Assembly: GCF_009914755.1 (NCBI RefSeq)
Contig: NC_060937.1
Length of the DNA: 64,000 nucleotides
Origin: the human T2T-CHM13v2.0 reference genome, Homo sapiens
Reading direction: 5' to 3' (one strand)
Position numbers and translations under genes: made by a program. Below, piece by piece: positions 52,430 through 64,000 of this stretch. Within the stretch, counting starts at the first letter, position 1. Every line of letters begins with the position of its first letter. The notes below the pieces were generated by a model. It made no database searches and was not told where the DNA came from. It was given only the letters and a program-made list of their open reading frames with translations.

Positions 52430-55400
52430 TTATATCTTTTATTTTAAAATTTGGGTATTTTTTGAAGTAGGAAATCAATGCACATGGCTAAATATCTAAA
52501 AAATGTAAAAGTATACATTGAAAAGTCTTCCTCCTCATCTCGTAATTGTCTCCATTTCAGTCCCCATGGCCACATCATGAGGCTACTGATGTCATTAGTT
52601 TCTTTTGCGTTCTTCTAGGGTTTCTGTTGGCATATGCAAGCAAAAATAAATGTATACCTTTATGTTTTCTCTTTTTACAGCAAGGACAGTTTATTAAACA
52701 CACTGTTTTAAACCTTATTTTTTCTCTAAATAATATTTCATATAAGTCAATATGTAGACTTTATGTATTTTTAAAATGAAGACATAGCATTCCATTGAAC
52801 TTAGACAAAAATTTACTTAACTAGTCCAAGATTGAAGAATAAAATTATTTTGAATCTTTTGTTAATAGTTAATAGCTTTGATGAGTACACTTATGCATAC
52901 ATTATTTTACACATGTTCAAGTATGTTGTATAAACCCCAAAGTGGGAATGCTTTGTCAAATATTACAGGTATTTGCAACTTTGATAGATACTAATTGCCC
53001 TCGGTAGAGGTAGTAAAAGCTTACACTCCACAGCCTTACTGATGATATATATTATAAAAATTTTAGTTCTTGCCAATCTAAAGGTGAAAAATGTTATTTC
53101 ATGGTAATTTAAATGCTTTTCTCGTTTTATAACTGAGGTTGACATCTATCAAAAAATTATTTGAATTTTTCTGAGAACTATTTATCTTTGAATCCTTTTC
53201 TGTTGTTTATCTTTTCCTTCTTCATTTCTAAAACTTCCTATACAGAGAGATTCACTCGTTATCTGTGATATGATTACAAATGTCTGCCCTCCAATTTGTT
53301 ATATGTCTTTAGATCCAAATACCTTATTTTTTGCCATGTAGAAATTTTTAATTTGTATGTGATAAAATGTTAATACTTTATGGATTCTGGATTTTCAGAA
53401 ATAAAAAGGTCATCCTCACTTCCAGGTTTTAAAGAAATTCTTTAATGTTATTTTATGTTTTTGTATAGTTTTATTTTTATTCACATTAAAATTTTTGTCG
53501 TGTTTGGAATTTATTTTGGTATGTGATGTGGGAAATGAATCTAACTTTATTTTTTCATATATCTTCCTAGTTGTACAAACATCAACATTGTTGAAACATC
53601 TCATCTGTCCCCTTGATGTGAGATGGCATCCTAATTTCCTTTATTTAGAGGGGTGGTGTCTGGGGATGAGATCACCTGGGGTGTAATCATACGTCTTTGA
53701 CTGGGAGTGGGGCTGAAAAGGAGTTCCCATGTTCCTGGTCATGTGATATGTGGTCATGTGATGTGGAGAAGATCTCCTGTGACATGGAGCTGGAGGAGGG
53801 AATAGGAACTAGCTCTGGCTCAGAGGACACAGACTTCCACTGTTTTATCAACATTTAGGAGATTTTCTTGAATAAATGCTTATTAATTTGCATCTGCCCT
53901 TAGGTCAATTTCCAGAGACTTTAAATGTGTTTTATAATTTTTACCAGTTAAACGGTTGTTTCACTGCAGGGAAAAGAGTATCCCAAGCTCCTCTCCTCTG
54001 GAAATCTGATCAAATTCTTTTTTAAGTCCTTCAGTAATGGTTAATTGTATATGTGTATATCATATTTACATTTATATTTATTGATATAACAGTTATGCTT
54101 GGTGTTTCATGCATATATGATAGCATCTTATGTGTTCATAAATTTTAAAAGTTGTTTTCTATGTGATCTGATTTATTTGCTTGAGAAAAACTGTTTTCTG
54201 GTAGCTTCATTTGGGGACTTGCTCAGTGGTAATTTTTTAAATGACAGCTTTATGCAGTATTTTTATGATCTCTTCTTTTACCCAGGAGTGATTACTTCTC
54301 TATTTTCCGCTGTGTTAAAACTAGGTGGTTTCTCTTTCTACTCCCTTCCAGGCCTCTCACTACTAGAATTCTGTCAATGAGAGTATCCGTGGCATGTTAT
54401 TTAGTGTTTGTTATTTTGCTATTATATACACTTCTATTTCTAACATTTGATTTACTGCTTTGAATGATCCACTTTGAGTCCTGGCTGTTATAGCTGAGTT
54501 GACCAAGTCCTCCTCCTCAGACCCCCACCTGTGTGTGTGCACATCGTGTCTCTCAGCTCTGGAGCTGCAGATGATGTCAGGGTCTCAGCAAACGAGACCC
54601 CTCAAAGTTGAAAACTGTACAAACATCATATGCAGCAGCCTTGATCTACCCTATGTCTTCCATTCTTTCCTCCTTCTTCTTCTACTTTTTGTTAGTTTCG
54701 ATATTGGTTTATTTCCAGGGCATGTGGCATTTATATTCATTTTATTACCCTGGTTCTCATGTTTATTTTAGTTTTAGTCAATGCAATTCACAATTATAAT
54801 ATTTCACCATAGTTTTTCTTTAGTTATTTCTTTGTTGGCTAAAGTTTGTTCTCTGGGACTTTTCCCAAGTAGGAAAATATTCCCTGACTTTGTGTGTATT
54901 TAAAACTGCCTGAAGTATACTTTGAAATGTAGCCTGACTAGGTATAAAACCTTTGGTTTTCATTCCACTTTTTGAATATCTTGTAGGTAATGGGCCACTG
55001 TATCTTGGCATTAAATTTTGCTAGGAAAAAATATGAGACTAGCCTGTTACATTCTCTTTTTTAAGAGTGGCTTGATTAAAGGATCTTTTCCTTAATGTTT
55101 CTTTAAAATTTTCTAGGGTGTTCTTAGTGTTTCCTTTTCTGTGGAACCTAATTTTATTCTGGAAAAGTTTTGTTGAATCAGTTCTTAAAGGGATTCATGC
55201 TCTTTCAATGCTGTCTTTTTTTTTCTTTCCATACCTTCCTTTTTTGATATATTTTAGATTGTCTCTGCTTATCTTCTATAGCCACTGTTTTCCTTCTAAT
55301 AATTTTTAGATTTTCCCTTTAATTTTACTGTATTTACTTTTACATTTTTATTTATATTTTCTATGTTCCTTACTGAGTTTTCTAAAGTCTGTTTTAATTT

Positions 55401-55750
55401 CTCTACTTCTTCTAGGTTTACCTTCATTTCTATGAAGATTTTGGTTTTTCTTCATGTTTGCTGGTTTTTGTCAGCACATTTTTTTATTCTAACATTTCAC
55501 CACTTCTTTCTCTGAGTTCTTATATTTCTGCTTCATGGTCTTCCACTTTTGATCTGACAGCTCCATTAAGTTTTCATTTCATGGCAAAATATTTGGTTAA
55601 CATTTTCATCTTGCTTTTGGGATTGATTTTTGTTGTGTGATCTTTCTCCATTGATAAGTTTGCATTTTTCCCCATAGTTTTTTCTTATAGTGTCTTTACA
55701 TAAATCAATAATTATTAATTACTGAATTAATTGAAATATTTTGAACCAAT
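52430..55750 (-). mobile_element. Very old L1ME/HAL1-like fragments
   Basis: T-rich degenerate L1 3' (52430-53645) and ORF1-like (54030-55750) text; boundaries and family uncertain. Confidence 0.55.
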
Positions 55751-55821
55751 AATTTGTGAAAAGTTTCTATGAAGAAGAAAGGAGGAGGCAAAGTTGTCTT
55801 GCAAACTTAGCAACCCAACAA

Positions 55822-56615
55822 TCTTCTCCTTCACCACATAGAATTAGATGGCTTCTGCAGATACAGCTAAGTCTTCTCCTTCACCACTGCAGAATTAGGA
55901 GGCTTCTGCAGATATGGCTAAATCTTCTCCTTCACCACCGTAGAATTAGGAGGCTTCTGCAGATACGGCTAAGTCTTCTCCTTCACCACCGTAGAAGTGG
56001 ATGGATTCTGCAAATATGGCTAAATCTTCTCCTTCACCACCATAGAATTAGATGGCTTCTGCAGATACGGCTAAGTCTTCTCTTTCACCACCATAGAATT
56101 AGGTGGCTTCTGCAGATACGGCTAAGTCTTCTCCTTCACCACCATAGAATTGGATGGATTGTGCAAATATGGCTAAGTCTTCTCCTTCATCACCATAGAA
56201 TTAGGTGGCTTCTGCAGATACGGCTAAGTCTTCTCCTTCACCTTCATAGGATTAGGTGGCTTCTGCAGATATGGCTAAGTCTTCTCCTTCACCACCATAG
56301 GATTAGATGGATTCTGCAGATACGGCTAAGTCTTCTCCTTCACCACCATTAGGTGGCTTCTGCAGATATGGCTAAGAGCTTAACAACCCAACAGTCTTCT
56401 CTTTCACCACCATAGGATTAAATGGCTTCTGCAGATATGGCTAAATCTTCTCCTTCACCACCATAGAATTAGGTGGCTTCTGCAGATATGGCTAAGTCTT
56501 CTCCTTCACCATCATAGGATTCAGTGGCTTCTGCAGATACAGCTAAGAGCTTAACAACCCAACAGTCTTCTCCTTCACTGCCATAGAATTCAGTGGCTTC
56601 TGGAGATACACCTAA
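55822..56615. repeat. Minisatellite, 51-bp unit, ~15 copies, including composite units
   Basis: Unit TCTTCTCCTTCACCACCATAGAATTAGGTGGCTTCTGCAGATACGGCTAAG at 55872, 55923, 55974 and onward. Confidence 0.97.
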
Positions 56616-57315
56616 GTCATCGGCTCTTTGTAGAGCATCACCTTCTCTGAGTGACACTGAGTCCAGAAAGGCTTCGATGACCTCGGTCCATAGAGGTTCT
56701 GAATCCATTATTACAAACAAAAAATACAACTTTTATATTTCAGAGTCCCTGGCCTTCAGCCCTTTCTGAAATCAGCCACCACTGTGCCTTTAAGCCATCA
56801 CTGTGCTTTTCTTCCTTTGGTCTTCCATGGCTTGCTTGATTTCAGCTGTTTAGAGTCTCTATATGTACTTTTGTGTCTATGATCCATTTCTATTTACTCC
56901 TAGTTCGACTTAAAATGAAATTGTATTTTAAAATATATTCTTGCTGTTTTTAGTATTATTTTCAGGAAGAGTAGTGAGCAATGCTGTTTATTCAACTCTG
57001 GTCATACCATGTCCCCCTGATTGTATTCTCTTCATGCATCTCTAATAGAGCTCCTAGACTTTTCCAAGGCTTATATTGAAGTGACTTAATACATGTTTGT
57101 CAATGTTTCCTACATTTTCTACTCTTCATATGTCTCATATATGATGCTTCAGTAAGAGTCCCCAGTGTTTGGGGGACTCCTACTCTTTTGGAGTAGCCAA
57201 ACTCTGAATGTATAATATTTCTTTTCCCCTGCTTCCATCAGTGGTAGTAGACACCCTGGAGGGTCTAATTGCAAGCATAACCACCCAACAGTTCTCTCCT
57301 TTAGTTTAGAGCCCT

Positions 57316-57442
57316 GTAGTCAGTGTTGGCCAGTAAGTTGTCATGGAGCACCCAGAGTGGACACTTCAACAGGGTCTGGTAGTCAGTGCTGGCCAGTAGG
57401 TTGTCATGGGGTACCCAGAGTGGACACTTTGATGTGGTCTGG
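57316..57442. repeat. 63-bp tandem duplication
   Basis: GTAGTCAGTG(T/C)TGGCCAGTA..CCCAGAGTGGACACTT at 57316 and 57379. Confidence 0.9.
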
Positions 57443-57771
57443 GAGCAGAGCATTATGTCCACTCTTGAATGATAGCTGGGACACGTTGGACGGTGGAATC
57501 AACAAAATCACAGGCTTCATGGATGACCTGGGATTTTCCTGCATTCAGTCGGTAAAAAGTGTGAAGAGTATTAAGTCCCTCTGAGATTGAGAGGGAACGT
57601 AATTTTAAGAACAACTGGCATCAGATCGTTTATTCATTTTACTTGACAAGAATTTACAAACATCTTTAATATGTGCCACAACCATGGACTAATATAATAT
57701 AGAATACAAATGCACAAAAGAGAACAGAAAAGTGGAAAATGTCAAGTAACACACAGAGAAAAAATATTACT

Positions 57772-58127
<356 letters not shown>

Positions 58128-60599
58128 TCATAGTGTATGTTGGTGTCAAGGAAATAAGTGAGTTCTTTTTTTTAAAGAAAGGTGTTTTGTTTTGTTTTAA
58201 AGAGAACAAGGTTCATTAACAATATGCAAAACAGATGAAATGCAGTCAATAACACTATGAAAAATCACTTTCTATACAGAATGAGAAAGCATCAATAACA
58301 TTTTAGCCTTTATTTTACTGTTTAGTAGAGAATTATCAGTATAGTGTTTTCACTAGTTATCAGCATCTTAAGGGAAGTACTTATGTGTGTTGTACCTTTT
58401 GAAAACTGGAATCATAGATTGCTCTAAATTATTGTATTAAAAATTGAAGTAATGATAACTATTCAGCTGGAATGTCAGGAAAATGTTGAAAATGACCAAG
58501 AGTTTACCAGGAAAAGGCTGCAAGGTAGCACCCGGTCATACCTTTAAATGACAGACAAACACAGACACATACACACAAAAGCAACATTTAAGTAGAGGAA
58601 ACTTGTTAGCGCTCCTGTGTTTAGAGGAAGTAAAATGAGTCAGATTAGTGCTTTCCATCGTGATTGTCTCATCTGTGCTTGGAGCCACTTCGGAGGATTC
58701 TGTTGGCTTTATCCTGGCACCGACTAGCACTGCACAGCGTAGAAGGCACAAGGACTGAAAAGGTCATGTCTTTCTGCTCAGAAAATTTGAATGGTTATAG
58801 AGTGCAGAGGGCCCATGCAAAATGCTCATTATCTGCTGTGTCTCTTGTTTTCAAAATTCTTTATCAGGTTACTGGCAATAAAATGCTGTTCCCTTTTGTT
58901 ACCAGACAATGAGGCATTTATACCAGCAAGTCACCTGAGAACATAGCAGCCAACATTAATGAGTTGAAAGTACCACTGGGACAGTGAAGAATTGACAAGA
59001 CTGCTGGCCTGCTGATCTTGTTTATCTTGCCTTTTTTTTTCTTTTTCAAGGTTTATTTGTGGAAAGTCTGTTTTCGTTGCTTATGTGCTCATCTGTGCTG
59101 CTTTAAAATGCCTTCGTGGTGGCAGAGAGTAATTAGCATATAGAGTCTGGAAACCAACTTTTAAATTGTATTAATGAGCTGAGTTTAGTTCCCCTTTGTC
59201 TTTTAACTGACTCCAGGAGCATTAATGAAAAGTATATAAATATGAATACAGGTGTAGTAATAAAAAAGAATTATCAGTCACCCTTAATTTAATTGGTGTC
59301 ACCTTAGCCTTTAGAAGGGTAATAGGATAGTATTGCCACCTGCAATCATTCAAGACTATTTTACTCACTACAGTAATTAGCTCACTTTAAAAAATTAGGT
59401 GACCTTTCAAAAGTGAGTAAAATAGAATCTGGTGAGAACCGTTAAGACACGTTTGTGAATATAGCATTGGTAGAATATCATAGATATTTAGGGTTTCGAG
59501 CGACCTGTGGACATTTTGTGCAACTTCTGTTAATGAAAGAATCTCTTGAAACACTCTTTTCATGCATGGAGTTACTAGGCATCTAGCAACTGGAGGTTAT
59601 ATCAATGTGTCAGATACTCCACAGTCTCTCTTCTAATATTACGTGCAAAATACCCTGTAGACTAGGAAGCATGTTTGATCTTGGTTATAGGTGCAATTTA
59701 TTCAACCAGCGTTCGTCTATGTGCATTGAAGTCCATTATGACTACTTTTGGCATGGAGACAAACACAAAACATGGCCTCTGAAAAGAGTGTATGCTGGGA
59801 TTTGGGATAAGGCATATAAAGAATAACTTTACTAAAAAGCTGAATATTACATCATATGAGTTAAACACTCTTGCCAAGAATTATCAGTAACCATAACAGC
59901 TAATGAAAGTGGATGTCACTGCAAATCAAACTAGTGGGCATCTCTTGTTTATTAGCAAAATTTTCCACATTAAAGAAACCCTTAAAACGACATTTTTACT
60001 TGTAAGATACACAAGAGACATATTTGATTTAGGAGACATTCAGAGCAGTTTTCTGCCTTTGTTGCATATGTACATCAAAGTGCTTTAGTGATAGTTGCAA
60101 TTTTGGTAGTTATCTGCCAAGTTAGAAATGAATCCAAACTAGTATATTTTGACCTTTCAATTGAATTGCCACAAAGCAAAATTCACTAGTATTCAGTGCC
60201 TCCCATCAAGCGGAAATCCAAAGCATGTTTTCCCATTAAGGAGACTCCTTCTCTTCTCACAGATAGCAAATTTCCAAATGAGGAGAGAGCTGGTTGAAGG
60301 ACCATGATGATGAGCCAATGATAGGTGTTATTGACCTTTCCTGAAACAGCTTGACTTCTGAACATTTTTTGAACTTATACTTATACTTGAGATACAGTAG
60401 ATTTGATATCACACATTATAATGGATGGTTTTCTGATAGGACCTGACCATTTACTAGCCTACGTCCTTCTAGTTTTCTACATAAACTCTCTACTGCAGCA
60501 ACTAATGATAATTATTATTATAGTTGCTAACATTTGCTGATCTTATTGTTTTCTAGGCACTGTGCTGAGAACTTCATATCCATTTATTTCATTTTATCT

Positions 60600-62141
60600 T
60601 GAGAGGTGACAGCGTGCTGGCAGCCCTTGCAGCCCTGGCTCGCTCTCTGTGCCTCCTCAGCCTTGGCGCCCACTCTGGCCACGCTTGAGGAGCCCTTCTG
60701 CCCGCCACTGCACTGTGGGAGCCTCTTTCTGAGCTGGCCAAGGCCGGAGCCGGCTCCCTCAGCTTGCAGGGAGGTGTGGAGGGAGAGGTGCAGGCGGGAA
60801 CTGGGGCTGTTCATGGTGCTTGAGGGCCAGCGCGAGTTCCAGGTGGGCGTGGGCTCCGCGGGCCCCGCACTCAGAGCCGCCAGCCTGCCCACAAGCCCCA
60901 GGCAGTCAGGGGCTTAGCACCTGGGCCACCAGCTGCTGTGCTCGACTTCTTGCTGGGCCTTAGCTGCCTCCGGCAGGGCAGGGCTTGGGACCTGCAGCCC
61001 ACCATGCCTCAGCCTGCCTACCCCCCCACCCCCCCATGGGCTCCTGTGCCACCCGAGCCTCCCCGACAAGGGGTGCTCCCTGCTCCAGGGCTGTGCCTAG
61101 TCCCATCCACCGCCCAAGGGCTGAGGAGTGTGGTCGTATAGTGCGGAACTGGCGGGCAGCTCCACCTGCGGCCCTGGTGCAGGATCCACTGGGTGAAGCC
61201 AGCTGTGCTCCTGAGTCTGGTGGGAACTTGGAGAATCTTTATGTCTAGCTAAGTGATTGTAAATACACCAATCAGCACTCTGTATCTAGCTCAAGGTTTG
61301 TAAATACACGAATCAGCACCCTGCGTCTACCTCAGGGTTTGTGAATGCACCAATCAGCACTCTGTATCTAGTTAATCTGGTGAGGACTTGGAGAACCTTT
61401 ATGTCTAGCTAAGGGATTGTGAATGCAACAATTGGCACTCTGTATCTAGCTCAAGGTTTGTAAATGCACCAATCAGCACTCTGTGTCTAGCTCAGGGTTT
61501 GTAAATACACCAATCGACACTGTACCTAGCTAATCTAGTGGGGATGTGGAGAACTTTTGTGTCTAGCTCAGGGATTGTAAACGAACCAATCAGCACCCTG
61601 TCAAAACTGACCAATCAGCTCTTTGTGAAACAGACCAAACGGCTCTCTGTAAAATGGACCAATCAGCAGGATGTGGGTGGGGCCAGATAAGAGAATAAAA
61701 GCAGGCTACCTGAGCCAGCAGCTTCAATCCGCTGGGTTCCCCTTCCACACTGTGGAAGCTTTGTTCTTTTGCTCTTTGCAATAAAGCTTGCTACTGCTCA
61801 CTCTTTGGGTCCACACTACCTTTATGAGCTGTAACACTCACCGTGAAGGTCTGCAGCTTCACTCCTGAAGCCAGCGATACCAGGAGCCCACCAGGAGGAA
61901 CGAACAACTCTAGACACACTGCCCCAAGAGCTGTAACACTCACCGCGAAGGTCTGCAGCTTCATTCCTGAGCCAGCGAGACCGCAAACCCACCAGAAGGA
62001 AGAAACTCTGAACACATCCGAACATCAGAAGGAACAAACTCCAGACATGCCACCTTTAAGAACTGTAACACTCACCTTGAAGGTCTGTAGCTTCATTCTT
62101 GAAGTCAGTGAGACCAAGAGAACCCACCAATTCTGGACACA
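60600..62141 (+). mobile_element. Full-length LTR12C-like (ERV9) solo LTR inserted into a MIR
   Basis: TGAGAGGTGACAGCGTGCTGGCAG...ACCAATTCTGGACACA; perfect 4-bp TSD ATCT (60596-60599, 62142-62145); MIR-like flanks ~60505-60599 and 62142-62215. Confidence 0.95.
61255..61705 (+). promoter_or_regulatory. ERV9 LTR U3 enhancer repeats and promoter (CCAAT array, GATAAGAGAATAAAAGC TATA-like box)
   Basis: CCAATC near 61268, 61350, 61469, 61510, 61587, 61611, 61659; AATAAAA near 61694. Confidence 0.7.
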
Positions 62142-62234
62142 ATCTTATACCACAGAACTGTAAGTTCTATTCTTCTTCCAATTTTACAAAACAGAAACAG
62201 ACAAACAGAGGTAATTCTCTGAAAGATGTCTCTC

Positions 62235-62648
62235 TCAGTCCATTTCTGCTGCAATGTACCTTAGACTAGGTAATTTATAAAACAACAGACATGTATTGCT
62301 AGTAGTTTTGGAGGCCAGAGGTCGAAGCTCAAGGCAGCAGTAGACTCGGTGGCTGCTGAGGGCCCATTCATCATAGATGGAGTCTTCTGTATGTCCTCAT
62401 ATGGTAGCAGTAAACTCGGTGCCTGCTGAGGGCCCATTCATCATAGATGGAGTTTTCTCTATGTCCTCATATGGCAGAAGAAAGAAGCAAGCTCTCTCAG
62501 ACCTTTTTATAAGGGTACTAAACCCATTCATGAAGGGTCCACCCTTATGACCTAGTCACCTCCTAGAGACCCCACCTCTTAATGTTATTGCATTGGGAAT
62601 TAGGTTTCAATGTATGAATTTTGGAGGAATGCAAACATTCAGATCAGA
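62235..62648 (-). mobile_element. MLT1A0-like LTR with an internal 70-bp duplication
   Basis: GGTAATTTATAAAACAACAG..TTTTATAAGGGTACTAA..CCCATTCATGA..CCCCACCTCTTAAT..AAACATTCAGA. Confidence 0.85.
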
Positions 62649-62830
62649 TCTGTTTGACCTCACAGCCAAAACTGGCAGTGGAATTTGCATGTTGCTCCTG
62701 GAACATATCTAGTAATTTTCCATCTCTATACATTTTCTATGCTGTTTCCTCTATACTGAATGATCCATACTATCCGTTTAACTTTGTATCTTTAAAGGCT
62801 TGTGTGTGTGCCCATCTATTTTGGTGAGGT

Positions 62831-63259
62831 TGTTACCAAAACGCCATGGGTTTGGTCTAGGTCCTGCTTGCTGCTCACTGCACAGAAAGCCAATCACTGA
62901 GATGGTGAGTGTTTCCGGGGAAGAAGCTTTCATCCGGTGCTGCAGCTGAGGAGATGGGAGCTCAGCCTCAAATCCATCGCCCTGACTGACTAAAAATGGG
63001 GTTTTATACAACAGGCAAGAAATGTAACAATGTGTAGGAAACACGAACTAGGGAGGAACAAGGAGTCATCTGGTGGCCTCATCTGGTGAGTTTCAGTTCT
63101 TTAATGCTTTTTTTTTTTTTTTTTTTGAGAGGCCTGAAGGTCCTTTCCTGAGGAAAGAACTCAGATGAAACAAATACAAGTTTCAAGCTTTAAGAGCGGA
63201 AGAGTCAATGTCTATGTTTATACGAAAGAACACGCTATAGGAGTATTGGGCCGGCTTCA
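62831..63259 (-). mobile_element. Solo LTR, LTR47-like
   Basis: TGTTACCAAAACGCCATGGGTTTGGTCTAGGTCCTGC...TATTGGGCCGGCTTCA; flanks AGGT/GGGT. Confidence 0.75.
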
Positions 63260-63284
63260 GGGTCAGTAGGATCTATTCCAGAAT

Positions 63285-63500
63285 TACAAACATCGTATAT
63301 AAACCCCTAAGTCTAACCAGTGTTTTGAGTTTTTCACTTATCTTATGTGTAGCCACCATGCATGTAACATTAAGACATCAATTACATGTGTATGCTTTTG
63401 CCTCTTGTTAATTTTTGTTGCTGTTGTTTTTTCAATTTAATTCACAGGCTCCAGCACAAAATGTAAGATGGGATAGGAAAAGCTTTTTTCCTACCCAACA
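63285..63500 (+). mobile_element. ERV1 LTR 3' fragment (MER34-group-like)
   Basis: TATATAAACCCC..TATGCTTTTGCCTCTTGTTAAT..AAGATGGG..TTTTTTCCTACCCAACA. Confidence 0.5.
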
Positions 63501-64000
63501 GAATGCTGAAAATGTAAATATTTTTTCTTTGGTTTACAGTAATAAGGAGTGTGATTCCTTTTTTTTTTCTACCTCTTCTACTTCTACGTTTTATGAGCTC
63601 TGTAGCTTAGTGAGCTCCCAGGCTTATGAACACCCTGACACAGCTAGTCTTGAAATGTTGCCAGCATTGTAGGATTTGCATACTTAACATGCTACTTATA
63701 CTGCCATAAAGTATGTAAGGTGGAAAGGATATTGTCTTTTAGTGTGGGTACATAGAGCATGGCACGAGTTGTTGCCAGCCTCACATCACATCTGTCTTCT
63801 GATTTTATACTTTATATCCAGGATCATACAGTCAAGTTTAGACATTTTAAAAAATCTTATTTCTATATTACTAAACTATTCATGGAGCCAGACTCTTCTA
63901 AGTTACTCTGGGAAAATGCCTTAGGCCTTCCAAGGACACAAAATTTTCATTCTTATAAAAAGCATTTGGCTAGGAATCAGAAGACCTACATTTTCATTCA

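Noticed and set aside
55822-56615. Regularly spaced repeats as a possible CRISPR-like array (also the other VNTRs)
   Set aside because: Head-to-tail units with no unique spacers, no cas genes, and a primate genomic context.
57156-57196. Two adjacent small hairpins (GAGTCCCC/GGGGACTC and CTACTC/GAGTAG)
   Set aside because: Stems of 8 and 6 bp are within chance expectation and match no RNA family I recognise.

Overview
Primate (almost certainly human or great-ape) non-coding genomic DNA, intronic or intergenic. I cannot support any protein-coding exon: the supplied ORFs are L1, Alu, MaLR or Tigger remnants, tandem-repeat read-throughs, or chance. Roughly half or more of the window is interspersed repeat. 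This includes a near-full-length L1PB with target-site duplications (TSDs), an internally deleted L1MA, old L1M/L2/MIR, nine Alus, a complete THE1 LTR-int-LTR element, several solo LTRs (THE1, LTR2-like, LTR12C-like, LTR47-like), and MER20/MER33/MER58/Tigger DNA transposons. There is also a U1 snRNA retropseudogene. The most notable theme concerns recombination: an exact PRDM9 13-mer (CCTCCCTAGCCAC) in one THE1 LTR, old repeats shifted towards GC around a VNTR (possible GC-biased gene conversion), and about 12 tandem arrays, several born from transposon sequence. I found no convincing new biological system. Repeat subfamily names come from remembered consensus sequences and need RepeatMasker/Dfam confirmation.
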